This document shows positions 40,871 through 53,570 of a stretch of 64,000 bases of DNA, one piece after another. Under the pieces are notes generated by a model, which had not been told where the DNA came from, ran no database searches, and saw nothing but the letters and a program-made list of their open reading frames with translations. The stretch comes from Camelus ferus (Eukaryota), in assembly GCF_009834535.1 (NCBI RefSeq), contig NC_045707.1, positions 49,602,001-49,666,000 on the forward strand, read 5' to 3'. Each line of letters starts with the position of its first letter. Position 1 is the stretch's first letter. A program made the position numbers and the translations under genes.

Positions 40871-42249
40871 ATTACTTGGAGTTTTCTTTCTAAGCACCAA
40901 GGGAACAAAGATGAGGACAATTAGAAAACAATATGTATAATAATATCTTCCAAGTTCCTTTTAAGTCCCAAGACTCTACCACTGTAGATTTTTATTTTTT
41001 AAACACCAAAAATGCATCCTTATTATGATATTCTGCCTATGCCTATAATAAATGCGACATTATAAAGCAACAATCACCAGAATCTCTACTATGTACGTGG
41101 CGGGGTCGGGGGGCGGGGGAACTTCACCTCTCCAACACCCTCATTTTATTACTTAAACTTCCCATTACGTGAACCATTTACTCAATTTCCACTGAACTTT
41201 TCACAACCAGAAAGTCACTGGACTTGGTCCAACTCCTATAAAGTTTTACTGCTCTCTTAGTTATTGCATAATGATTCCTAAGAGTTAACGTTTTACTTTT
41301 CTTCTAAAAGAAGGGATTTGCTTAAAGGAAGAAATCTCATTATAAGTACCAATGATCCTAAATCTATTGCTTTATTGCTCCACTAAGAACTGATAAATTA
41401 TCCGAACAAAGTTTAAAGTTATGAGTAAAGCACAGGTTATCGGTATAATATTACATTTTCTCCTTCTCCTTCCCTACCTCCTCTTCCTTCTTATATCTAA
41501 TTATGTATTTAACATTTACCTACCCAAAGAATATATCATTTTCTGGAAATGCAAGCTTGGAAGCAATGAAAAATAATTATTTTTTGATAAGTGCTCAAAA
41601 TATTTTATATTATCCCTTCCAAAATTCTCTGTTCAAATCTCAGTATAAAATGCTGCCACAAAGGGCATTCCTGATGTCATGTCATATATGCATTCCTGGA
41701 AAACAACACTTTCTGCAAAAGCATAAACTAAAAAGTAATACAGCATATGTAAAATAAACAGTTAAGGGAAAACCACTAAATACTCAAGTGACTTTGAGAA
41801 CTCTGAGAGGATGGTGGTAGTGGCATAGTTTTTGAATCTCTTCCTTAAAATTAGACATAACAACTAAGATACCAAAACATCTACAACAAAACTAAGTGAC
41901 AAAGTATCCCCTGAATTCTGAAATCCAAGCAGCAGAAGAAAAAAAACACCAAATATACTTGTAGTCCTATGATAAAATGAAGGCTCTAAGAGAGGAAATG
42001 TAGTATGGAATTGAGATTTGCTCTGTTAATATAGACACAACATGACTATCAAAAAATGAGGAGGGAAATGGGGAAGTCATCTGAAAAGCAGAATGAGTTT
42101 GCTGATTATCTTATTAGTAATTGGGAGCAAAAAAATACTAAATCAAATCTAATGCTATTGGAGGATGCAAAATACTGCAATATCGATATATGTCACAATA
42201 GGGACTAGATAGATAATCAAACTGGGGAAGAGGGAGGAGAGAAATGGAT

Positions 42250-45200
42250 ATTTTTTTCAGCTTCATTGAGATATAATTGACAAAACTGTAAGAGATTTAA
42301 AATGTACAACGTTGTGATTTGATATGCATATACATTGAGAAAGGATTCCCACCATCGAATTAATTAACGTATTGAATACTTCACATACTTACCTTTTTTT
42401 TGGATGGGGGAAGGAAATGGAACATTTAAGTTCTACTCTGTCAAGTTGCATATTTCAGTTATACAATACAGTGTCTTCAACTATAGTCACCATGTTAAAC
42501 ATTAGACCCTTGGACTTCATTCATTTTATAACTGAAAATTTGTGCATTTTACCAACTTCTCTCTATTTCCTCCAACCCCCAGCCATTAGCAACCATGCAT
42601 CTACTCTGTTTCTATGAGTTTGACTTTTCTTTTTTTTTAATTCCACATATAAGTGGTACCATACAGTATTTGTCTTTCTCTGTCTGGATTATTTCACTTA
42701 GCATGATGTGCTCCAGTTTCATCCATGTTGTCCCAAATGGCAGGATTTCTATCTTTCTAAAGGTTGAATAATGTTGCATTGTATGTGGACAGATAATTAT
42801 ATTTTCTTTATCCATTCATCCATCAACAAACATTTAGGTTTTTCCATACCTTGGCTATTGTGAGTAGTGTTAAAATAAACATGGGGGTACAGATACCACT
42901 TTGAGACAATGATTTCATTTCTTTTGGATATATACCCAGAAGTCAGATTGCTGAATCAAATGCTATTTTTCTATTTTTCTATTTTTCATTTCTTGAGGAA
43001 CCTCCATACTATTTTCTGTGGTAGCTGTACCAGATTACATTCCCACCAACAGTATACAAGGATTCCTGTTCTCCACATCCTCATCAGCATTTATTATCTC
43101 TTTTTTTAATAATAGCTATCCTAACAGGTGAGAGATGATATCTCATTGTGATTTTGATTTGCATTTAGCTGATGGTTGGTGATGCTGAATATCTTTTCAT
43201 GTAACTACTGGCCATTGTGTGTCTTCTTTGGAAACATGTCTATTTAAGTCATTTGCCCATTTTTTAATTGGATTGAGTTTTTTTGTTTGTTTGTTTTGTT
43301 GTTTGTTTTGGGGTTTTTTTTGTTTTGTTTTCAGTTTTTTTTTGTTTTTGTTTTGCTATTGAGTTACATGAGTTTCTTATATTTTTTAGATATTAACCCC
43401 CTATTGGCTCTGTGGCTTGCAAAAATTTTCTCTCATTTCATAGGTAACCTTTTTATTTTGTTGATAGTTTCCCTTGTTGTGCAGAAATTTTTTAGTTTGA
43501 TGTATTACCATTTGTTTATTTTTGCTTTTATTGCCTTTGCTTTTAGTGTCAAATCAAAAAAAAAAATCAGTGTCAAAACCAATGACAAGGAGCTTATCCT
43601 TTACATTTTCTTGTAGGAGTTTTATGTTCAACTGTTTAATCCATTTTGAGTTGATTTTTGTGTATGATGTAAGATAGGAATCCAGCTTTATTCTTCAGCA
43701 TAAGGCTTTTTAGTTTTCCCAATACCATTTATTGAAGAAACTGTCTTTTCCTTAGTGTATATTCTTGGCTCCTTTGACAAAAATTAATGGGCCATATATG
43801 TGTGAGTTTATTTTGGGGGTCTCTATTTGTTCCATTATCTACAGGTCTGTTTTTATGCCAATACCATACTGTTTTGATTACTATAACTGGGTAATATAGT
43901 TTAACACTTCAAAGTGTGATGCCTCCAGCTTTGTTCTTTCTCAAGATTGCTTTGGCTAGCCAAGTTCTTTTGTGGTTCCACCGAAATTTTAGGATTTTGC
44001 TTTCTACTTCTGTGAAAAAAATGTCATTGGAATTTTCATAAAAATTGCATTGAATCTGTAGATCATTTTGCATAGTATGAACATTTTAACAAAATTTATT
44101 ATCTTTATCCATAAACACAGTTTCTTTTTCCATTTTTTTGCTTCTTCTTCAGTGTCTTTCATCAATGTCTTACAGTTTTCAGTGTATACATCTGTCACCT
44201 CCTTGGTTAAATTTGTTTATAATTATTTTATTCTTTTTGATGCTTTGTAAATAGGATTGTTTTCTTAATTTCTCTTTCTGGTATTTATTGTTAGTACGTA
44301 TAAATTCAGTTAATTTTTGGATCCTGCAACTTTACTGAATTTGTTGATTAGCTCTAATAGTTTTTTTAGTGGGGCTTTGAGGGTTTGCTGTATATAATAT
44401 CATGCCATACACAAATAAAGACAGTGTTATTTCTTCCTTTCTGATTTGAATGTCTTTTATCTCTTTCTTGACTAATTGCTCTGGCTAGATCTGTATAAAA
44501 GTGGTGAGAGTGGCCATCATTATCTTGTTACTGATCTTAAAGGAAAGGTTTTTAGCTTTTCATTATTGAGTATGATGTTAGCTATGGGCTTCTCATAGAC
44601 TTAGCTTGTCTCTTCTTTTTTCTAGTTTCTCGAGATGTAAACTTAAGTTGTTTATTTGTTATCTTTCTTTTTTTCTTGATGTATGCAGTTATCACTATAA
44701 ACTTTCCTCTTAGAACTGCTTTTCTATATCTTATATATTTTATTATGGTGCATTTCCAATTTTATTTTCATTTTTTAAATTTCTCTTTTGACTTTTTCTT
44801 TGACTTATTGATTGTTCAAGAGCATGTAGTTTAATATCCACATATTTGTGAATTTTCCAGTTTTCTTCTTATAATTGATTTCTAGCTTTATCCCATTGTG
44901 GTCAGAAAAAAAATGCTTAATATAATTTCAATCTTCTTAAATTTATTCAGATTTGTTTGTGTTCTAACATACGATCTACCTTGCAGAACGTTCTATGTGC
45001 ACATGATAAGCATGGGTATTCTGGTACTGTTGGATAGAATTTCTGTATGTCTGTTAGGTCCATATGCTGTACCATGGTGAGAGTGTGTCTCAGCCTTTCC
45101 TATTCATTTCAGTGTGGATATTTTATCAGTCACCTGATGTATAGGACTCACTCAGCTAGTTTCCATATTTCTTTCAAGGTAATTGCTTCATGTAGTTGTA

Positions 45201-45257
45201 CATTTGGCACATCCATGGGAGGAGGGAAGTTGAAGAGCTTTCTACATTGCCATCTTG
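42250..45257 (-). mobile_element. L1 LINE (L1MA9-like), decayed, with internal deletions
   Basis: Poly-T and L1MA-type 3' UTR at 42250. ORF2 remnants on the minus strand: 42612-42815 (ILPFGTTWMKLEHIMLSEIIQTEKDKYCM) and 44004-44198 ([29 protein letters not shown]). Endonuclease-region remnant near 44900-45060 and a 5'-end-like CAAGATGGC block at ~45075-45257. Confidence 0.9.
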
Positions 45258-45809
45258 TTTGAGAAATCCTTTCCTAAGGTCCTCAAAACATGTCCATCTT
45301 TATAAAGTATTTATGGGAATAACCTCTTTCCAAAGGACATAGTTTGTAAATATTGATTCTATTTACAAATTTTATTTATAATACATACAGTCATATTCTT
45401 GAAGGGGCATGAATCTCTGTGTTTCTCTAATTGGAGTTTATTGACCAGAAAAACAAAATATTTGGGTTATCCTAGAATTGATTTTTATGACATTCAGGAT
45501 TGCATTGTTTCAAGGCACTTCATCATCATCATCATCATAATTAGTATTCACTGAGCGCCAACTATATGTTAGGTCAACATATGGTGTTCCTAGGGAAATA
45601 TATTTTTGCATGGTGTTTCTACCTCCACTTCTTTTGATGAGAAAAAAAGTATAGCAGTCTATAAATAAAGGAGCTTAAAAGCATAATATTACCTTCAATA
45701 CATCCCAGCTTAACTATGAAAGTAAATTGTTTCCAAACTTCAGTACCATAATGCTTACAAGTTACTTGAAACCTAGTGCATCTATCTCAGTATATTGTAA
45801 TTACTAATT

Positions 45810-45955
45810 ACCTATTTATCATTTGCCTCCATGATTCTGTAACTAAGTTAGGGCAGGGACCATGTCTATCTAATCCATCCTAGTAGACTGAACACCCAGC
45901 ACATGGTAGGGACTCAGTTCATATTTGTCAAATGAGTTAGTAAACAAGTGAATGA
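45810..45955 (+). mobile_element. L2 3' end
   Basis: 'agggcagggaccatgtcta...cccagcacatggtagggactcag...tatttgtcaaatgag'. Confidence 0.7.
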
Positions 45956-46029
45956 GGAAATGAGGGACTATAACTCACAAATGATCACATTGTGCCATGA
46001 CATAGTATCAAATCATTCTGCTAAAAATA

Positions 46030-46220
46030 GTTCAGATATTGTCTCATTTAATCCTCACAAAACTCCTAAAAGGAAGATATTATTATTGATATTTTACAGA
46101 TAAGGAAATTGGGGTTCAGAGAGCCTAAGGAACAGACCCAAGATTACATCGTGAGGAAATGGTAGGGTTAGGAGTCCAACCATGGCCTGACAGATTCCAG
46201 AGTTCTTACTAGGCTTTCTA
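46030..46220 (-). mobile_element. MIR SINE
   Basis: 'tctcatttaatcctcacaaaac...attttacagataaggaaattggggttcagagag'. Confidence 0.85.
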
Positions 46221-47265
46221 CTATCCCAGCCCCCTGACTCTCTGCATTACATTGTCTGCCTAAGAGTGAAGAAAAATAGAAGCTGATGGAAAGATCTTGC
46301 CTTTGCAAATTGGAAAAGGTGACCTCAGAGTCACATACCAGAGCAAGGGCACTGCCCCACTCAAGCAGAGCAGCTGACTCTCAGCCATCACTAGTCTAAT
46401 TTTAAGGGAAAAGTTAAAATGTGCTCACATTCACACACATTTGCCTTTGTGTGGTTTTGGGCTGTGTCCTTTATTTTGTTCTAAACAGATCTTTTTCTTT
46501 TTTAGTCACATTTCTGAAATAACAGAATGTTGTGTTCTGTATTAAGTCTCATCACAGCTGCACATTAAAGAGTGCATCTCAAAGTTTCTTATTTAAAAAG
46601 ATACAGAAATACAAGTTTCGAGTGAATCTAAATTTTTTTCATTATATCCTTAGGTTGGGAGAAACAACTTATTCATCTTTCTTTTCCTAAGGCTGTTAAA
46701 CATGGTAACTCTCTTCCTTCTTGCCTTCATGGCTTTTCTGTAGTTTCAAATTGTACATGAAGCCAGCCCCAGGACTGCCTGTTCTCATAGGGTACATACA
46801 GTTAGGTTCAGTTTTTTCTTTTAGGGGCAGGGAAAAAAAAGAATGGGTATTTTCCATGCATTTAGCAGAAGAAGCTTTTATTTTGGAGGCTTAAAAAAAG
46901 AGAATGGAATGGGGATAGTCCCTTATCAGTGAATTTTTAAAGCCACTTGCTTTTTATTAATTATTAATGCTTTCCAGATATTTTTGCCCAAGAAATACCT
47001 TTTGAATTATGAAGGCAGATATGATGTCATAATGATACTGAGAGTTTATCATTCTCAACAGCCAGTAAATTAGTTGATATCTACATACAAAATAAGCAAA
47101 CAGATGCCCTGTAGGATGCAAAAATATTTCTCTATTCAAAGATTAGACATTAGTTAAAAATCAAATACCCATTTGCTCTCAAGTAAGTGAGTTTCACCAA
47201 AAGTTTAAATTGGAGAATGTCTATTCATAGATAGAGGTCAAAGCCACCAAATATTATTTTGAATC

Positions 47266-48147
47266 AGGTAGAGGTAGATTTTCAAACGTTTATTTACAAT
47301 CCAAGTAGATATTTGTTTATGATTGGGCAATAAGGGAAGAGTTTCTGTATATAACAAATATAGATACTATTCTTGTTCTTATTTCTTAATAAATCAAAGA
47401 GCCTCATAGTTATATACTGGCTATGAAATATATTTTTCAGATCAATTCTAAAGCAATTAGACAGTTAAATGTGCATACAGAAATGCCAGTATGTTATCAA
47501 AAATGTTCTCATCGTCTTCTCAACAAACTGTCATCATCACCTGGTAATGATATTATTTACTAATTATTAAACTTGTACAGTTATCAAAGGACTCCTTTTG
47601 TAATTTGTTTGCTCTATCATTATGCCTCTTTCTTTTAGAAACTTCTTTAAAACTCTAGCCTTCCAAGAAGCATTTTATCAGAGAATATGAAAATCACTCC
47701 CCTGCATAAAATAATTATTTTTTTAATATAGCAAAAAATTAAGGATCTTTCTTTGTTCCATCAGCTTCTTTAGACTAGAACTATATTTTTCTCTGTTTTG
47801 CACAGTACATTGCCAGGCACACGGGGGAGTTGAAGACATAGTAGTCGATGATAATTGTGATGCATCCTGTGCTTGTTCACAAGGGACATTTGCTAAAGAT
47901 TAAAAATAAATTCACAACTAATTGACTGCCAGCCATAAGCTATACTGCTGGGACTTCCAAACTACGAACTGGAAAAAAATAATGGAGCAGATCTTGCCAA
48001 GGACCAACCCAAAGATTAAAAACAACTTTCCTACTTAACTTGCCTACAACAAAACTAATCAGATGAATGGTGACTTCAGTATTTCTGTAATTTTTCAAAG
48101 GTAAAGGTAAATTTTCAAAAGTTTATTTACAATCCAGGTATATATTT
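47266..48147 (+). repeat. Dispersed 49-bp direct repeat (47266-47314 and 48099-48147)
   Basis: 44/49 identical, offset 833 bp, with unrelated flanks. Confidence 0.85.
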
Positions 48148-48842
48148 TTCAAAGTTTGAGAAGTTAACCTTTAGTTCAAGTTTTGTAGTTTGTCCCCTTA
48201 AGTTGCCCCTTTTAAACCATCTGTGAATAAATATTTATTGAGCACTAACTGTGAGCCTTGTGTTTGTAGACTCTGGGAATGCAACCATAAATAAGACACC
48301 CATAATTCTCTCCTTTGTGTTTACCCTAGCAAGGAAGGAAAATAGTAAGAGACTTTAAATAGTGACAGAGAAAGATGAAGAAGAGAATAATAATATATTC
48401 CAGTGTCAGAGACACCTCTGTCTCTTATTTTCTGTCTGTCTCACCTACCTCAAGTTGAGGCAGAAATCTTTACACTTCTGTGACTGGTGCATGAGAGATG
48501 ATCCAGGAAACCTTAGTGATTAGCCTTCCCAATGAAACATGATCCACGTAGGATATGAACAATTAGCTTACTAATGAGTTGTGTGGATGAGCAATAGAAA
48601 GGTACTGAGAAGATAAGACTTTGGTTATTTTAGGGGCTTAACTTCTACCTCAGAACAGGAAATGACCTTGCCAGAATACCCCACCCAACCCACCAGCTGA
48701 GATTTTTTTCTCTCTTCTCTTTATTATCCATCGTTTTTTGTTTTTTTTTTTTTTATCCTGGACATTCTCTTCTCCTTCCTTTGACCTCTTGTCTGCCATC
48801 TTCTTCCCTGCTTTCACAAAGCCTGAGGCCAGGGAATATGAT

Positions 48843-49204
48843 TGTGTGACAGGAGTTATTAATGTTCACCAATATCAAATTCTCCTATTTTTGGTTAGAT
48901 ATTTCCACATTCCCCTGAAGTTAGGTGTGGCCATGTGATAGTTCCGGCAAAAGGAATGTGAATGACATGCTGGATTAGACTTTTTATGGCTTGTGTTTGA
49001 CTCACCAGCTCTTTCTTACCTCCTCTGTGGTAAACTCTAAAGCCTGCTGATTAAATGCCAGCGTCATAGATGGTAGAGTTTCCTTTAACTTTAGCCCCTA
49101 TGTGACAGTGAAAAGCAAAGCTCTCCCCAACACAGTAAATGAGAAATTACCTGAAATTTGGGGGTTGCTACAACAGCATAACTTAGACCATTCTGACAGA
49201 TACA
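48843..49204 (+). mobile_element. MaLR solo LTR (MLT1I/J-like)
   Basis: 'ccctgaagttaggtgtggccatgtga...ggaatgtga...gaaatttgggggttg...acagcataacttagaccattctgacagataca'. Confidence 0.75.
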
Positions 49205-51079
49205 GGTAGAAGAGGAAAGAGACTGGAACAGCACACATGGTCATTAGGATGTTGGCAACATCACTCGTTCCTGTACCGTGTTGTTTATTGACTTGTTGCT
49301 ATGTAAGTGCCAGAATCTAAGCTGGAAATAAAGAGAAAAGACAATAAAGCAATGCCCTCAAAATGCTTATTGTCAAAAAAAAACCTGACAGATGTACAAT
49401 TATGATAGAAGTTGACTGGAAGCACTTTTTGTTTTTAATCAGTCAAATATGGTGAGGAAAAGTTTGGAGAAATCTTTGTCTAAGGAGTATGCAGTAGGAA
49501 ATGAGGAGTGCCGCCCTCTCGTGTTTTTGTAATTCATTATTCTTATTCTTATTATCATTAACCTATTTATTATTATAGAATATGTAGCAAGATATCAAGC
49601 TTTTGTCTTAAAACAGAGGGAAGGGAGTATGCCTTCCTTCTAGATTACTAAAATGTGACTAGGACCCAACAGCAGAGAACATCTCTGTACTCACTGGGTG
49701 AGTTCTAAGTTCTCGGGGGCAAAAAGAACATCCTCAGCAGAGTGTTTAGTGGAAAGGTGCCTGGCCATGGTTTCAGTAATTGTGTGCTGTTGAGCCACTT
49801 CCCTAAGCATTGGTCTTCTCATGTCAGCCATTCCATGGGTGTTCACTGAGCAGTCACTATGTGCCAGGCACCACACGAGGCTCTAGGGACAGGCCAATGA
49901 ACGAGGCCTGCTCCCTGTCCCCCTCTGCAAGCCAGTGGGGCATGGACTCTAAACTTAAAGTATCGTTATCATTAATTGCATAATCACAAATGTATTAAGA
50001 GCTATAAAATGGGGGTTTTATTGGACCATACAGTTGAGGGACCTAAGTGGAGAGAGACTCATTAGGGACAGCTGATAATTAAACTGAGTTTGAAACAATT
50101 TTTAAAACCAACATAATAATATTTACCTTGAAGACGCTTGTAAGGACTTTTTAAAACATAAAACTCCTGGCAAATAGTTGGTTCTCAATAGATGCTGGTT
50201 ATTGGACAGTGTCATAAAAACCTGTGTTTACGTGATCAAAAGTGAAGTACTAAAGGGAGAAGAAAAAAGATGCAACTCTTAGCCGACATTAATATATGCC
50301 TTACTACTGTCATCGTCACTGTCAATATTAAAACATTGCACTGAGCTGTTTCATAATCATATTTTTACGTTTCCCCTGACATCTCTCAATTCAACCACTG
50401 GGGAAGCCCCTGTCTTCCTGTCTGCCTTGTTTTGGTTTTGTTTCATGCACCTTTCCTGGCAACGGGGTCCATTTAGTTGACTGGTTACCATAGGAGCCTG
50501 CTTTCTCTGAAGAGCAGTAAGTGTTCTAGTGAAATCAGCAAACTACAGGAAAGGAAAGACTGAGTCTCTCGCCCAGATTATGAGTCAACAGGTAAATCTG
50601 ATTCACTTTATTCCAATTACTTATAGGTGGGGTCTAATCTGGGGTACAAATGGCAGTTTAAGGGTTTTATTGCTTTAATATAGGTGTTTTGTCAAATCAT
50701 TTTTATCTTTATTTGCATGGCTGTAAACAGTTTAAATAAATAAGTCTCTTGATTTCACAACTTTCTTTTATTTGATGACTAACTTTTTTTCATTGCTTCT
50801 TAAGTGAACTTCCTGGAATTTTTAGCTTCGTTCCCATTGCGTGGGGAGTGAAAAGGAATTATAAAAGTGTGTTTGATGATGATAATCGTAAATGACATAC
50901 AGAACGGGACTAAAACACAGATCTGCTCAATAGGGGGCACAGATAGGGAAAAAGACATTGAACATCTGTATCCATGAGGCTTTCATATGCACAATAAAGA
51001 GCTGAACTTAAGGAACATGGATTTCAATTGAGCAAATTATTTCATTCCTTTGTGGAGATGGGAAACTAACATATACTTT

Positions 51080-51205
51080 GTCAAGCACATATTATTTCAT
51101 TTAAAACTCCCAGTAACCCTTTGAAGTCATATTACAGTTATTCTCATTTTTTGAATGAGGAAATTATAGGTCCCAGAAAGAGTAAGTGCTTTTTACAAGG
51201 ACCTT
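51080..51205 (-). mobile_element. MIR SINE fragment
   Basis: 'tcatttaaaactcccagtaaccc...ctcattttttgaatgaggaaatt...cagaaagagtaagtg'. Confidence 0.65.
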
Positions 51206-52181
51206 AAATCCCTCAAGAACAGAAAAACAGTAATTTTATTATTTCAGTTGAGCTTATAAAGTAAAATAAAATTTAAACAGTTTCTAGTGACTTATAAAAA
51301 GTGATTTTTAAAAACACAAAGAGGACAACTGTGTCATCCATTGCACCATAAAAGCAAAGTTACATATACATAAAGACAAGAGTACGAAAAATGGCTTTTG
51401 TTCTGTTGTTTGTTGCAAAGAGAGTACTTATTCCATTGGCAAAAACAGCCCTGCACTTTCATTCAGTGGAAAGAAATCAGAAAGTTCTCTGGAACAGGTT
51501 TGGGCTTAGTGGAAAATCATGTCCTGGTACAGAATAGCCACTGTAGATAAATAACCATTTATAGCCTTTTATCTTAGTTAAGCTGTTATCTTTCAGTCTG
51601 TTAAAGATAATTAAGGTTTGCTGAGGAGCTTTTTAAAGAAAACCCTCGGCCTCTTATGAAATCCATCTCCCCAAGCTTTGCTCAGGGGTTTGCGGGCATT
51701 CTGTCAATATCTTGGGAAGGACATCTCTGAAAAGTAGACTGTTAACCCTGAGTAGCATCTCCCTCTGTTGAATTATATTTTCCGAACCTAAACTACAGGC
51801 AGGGCTTGAAAGCAAGAGGATGTCCCTGCAGAGAATTTCTGGGCTTTCCATCACTGAAATCTAGAGATATGCTTTAGGAAAAGCAGAAGTGAGGCATCTA
51901 AATCAATTTAACACTTAATGGGAAAAGTGCAGAACCACTGGAACAAAACAGCCAATAAAGCACTAGATTACAAACTTTCTGCATGGGGAAATGGCCTCAA
52001 GATAGGTGAGCTGAAAAGTCACGTATTAAAATCCTTCCCTGAGATTCCTAAAATTAAACTTTACTCCATTGCTAACTATTTTATCCTCCAGAGTAGAGTT
52101 TTAAGGGTTTACTCACTCTTGGGTTTTACTATTAGAAAATTGAAATAAAAAATTAAATACAGGAGAACTGCATATGATAAT

Positions 52182-52922
52182 ATTTCTTTTTTATTGTGTT
52201 ATAGTATACATAACATAAAACCTACCGTCTTAGTCATTTTTAAGTGTACAGTTCAGTGGTATTACGTATATTCATGTTGTTGTACAAGATCAGCAACATC
52301 CATTTCCAGAATACTTTTCATCTTGTAAAACTGAAATTCAGCACTCATCAAACAATGACTCCCCACAGCCTCTAGCAAACACCATTCTACTTTCTTCCTT
52401 CTTTTCATTTATCTCTCCTTTTCCTCATGTCCCAACGCTTGGTAACCACTATTCTAGTCTCTGTTACTATGCGGCTTTGTTGTTGTTGTTGTTGTTGTTG
52501 TTTTTAACATACACCACATTAAAGTGGGAACAGAGAGTATTTGTCCTCCTGTGTCTGGCTTATCTCACTTAGCATAACACCCTCTAGATTCATCCATGTT
52601 GTCGCAATAGGCAGGATTTCTTTCTTTTGTTAAGGCTGAATGATACTCTATTATATAAAAACATATGTAATTCCATTGTATGTATATATACCATATTTTC
52701 TTTTTTATATATGTTTATTGAAGTACAGTCAGTTTACAGTGTTGTGTCAATTTCTGGTGTACAGCATCATGCTTCAGTCATACATGAACAAACTTACGGT
52801 TACCAGGTGGAGAAAGGGGTGGGGAGGGATAAATTGGGAGTTCGAGATTTGCAGATACTAACTAACATATATAAAATAAACAAGTTTATACCACATTTTC
52901 TTTTTGCATTCATCCATCAGTA
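52182..52922 (-). mobile_element. Old L1 3' end fragments (L1MB/L1MA-like) hosting a younger L1 insertion
   Basis: 'catttttaagtgtacagttcagtggtatta...aaccaccattctacttt' and 'gtctggcttatctcacttagcataa...ttcatccatgttgtcgcaa...aaggctgaatgata...cattcatccatcagt'. Confidence 0.8.
52706..52886 (-). mobile_element. Young 5'-truncated, 5'-inverted artiodactyl/camelid L1 3' end
   Basis: Minus-strand 3' terminus (52706-52785) joined to a plus-strand upstream segment (52786-52886). 19-bp TSD tatacca(t/c)attttcttttt at 52687-52705 and 52887-52905. Confidence 0.85.
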
Positions 52923-53394
52923 GTCTTTCATACCACAAAATGCTTTTAATTTTTAGAATGGCATTATGGTATCGACTATCAATATTCATATTAGCAAAGA
53001 GTATAAATGACTGAAGTTTCCCCTAGCAAAATATTTACCAGCTCTTCTCTGTATATAACAGAATTCCACCTGCACTGATAAATGGAGACTTCACAAACTA
53101 GAAGGTGCACAACCTAGGAGAATATGGTTGGGGAGATCTTAAGATCAAGTACAATTATTAAACAGGCAGAACCAAAAGGCCCTGTGCCTATGCACACTTG
53201 GTAAATAGTCCCAATATAAACAGTTAGGCCCAGAATTCTGTGGTTTCCCCGTATCTTGCCCACTCTGTGCAGTTCACTCTAAATCATTGTTCCAAAAAAA
53301 AAAAAAAAAATCCTAGTGATTCATTCTCCTCTATTCTTAACAGAAAGCATTTCCACAGCAAAGTGGACTTTATTTTCCCTTCCACTCTCAGTCA

Positions 53395-53570
53395 GCATGG
53401 AGTAAAAGACAAGGTCAGGAGCCTCCTTGCTAATCCTTCTGCTTCAAATCACCTCCAAGACCTTGAGTAAGTCATTTCTCATGTGAGCCTTCCTTCCTTC
53501 ATCTGTAGAGTGTGGGGGCTGAGCAGGAAGATTTCTAAAGTCCCTTCCAACTTGAAGATACTATGATTAT
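53395..53570 (+). mobile_element. MIR3/MIRc-like SINE
   Basis: 'gaccttgagtaagtcatttc...cttcatctgtagagtg...tctaaagtcccttccaacttgaagatactatga'. Confidence 0.7.

Noticed and set aside
42612..44198. Active reverse-transcriptase CDS
   Set aside because: Only short L1 ORF2 remnants broken by stops and frameshifts.
45257..45280. TSD for the 3-kb L1
   Set aside because: Only 'gagaaat' is shared with the left flank; not convincing.
47266..48147. CRISPR-like or LTR-pair interpretation of the direct repeats
   Set aside because: Only two copies, mammalian context, no TG..CA ends, no primer-binding site, and no internal retroviral sequence.
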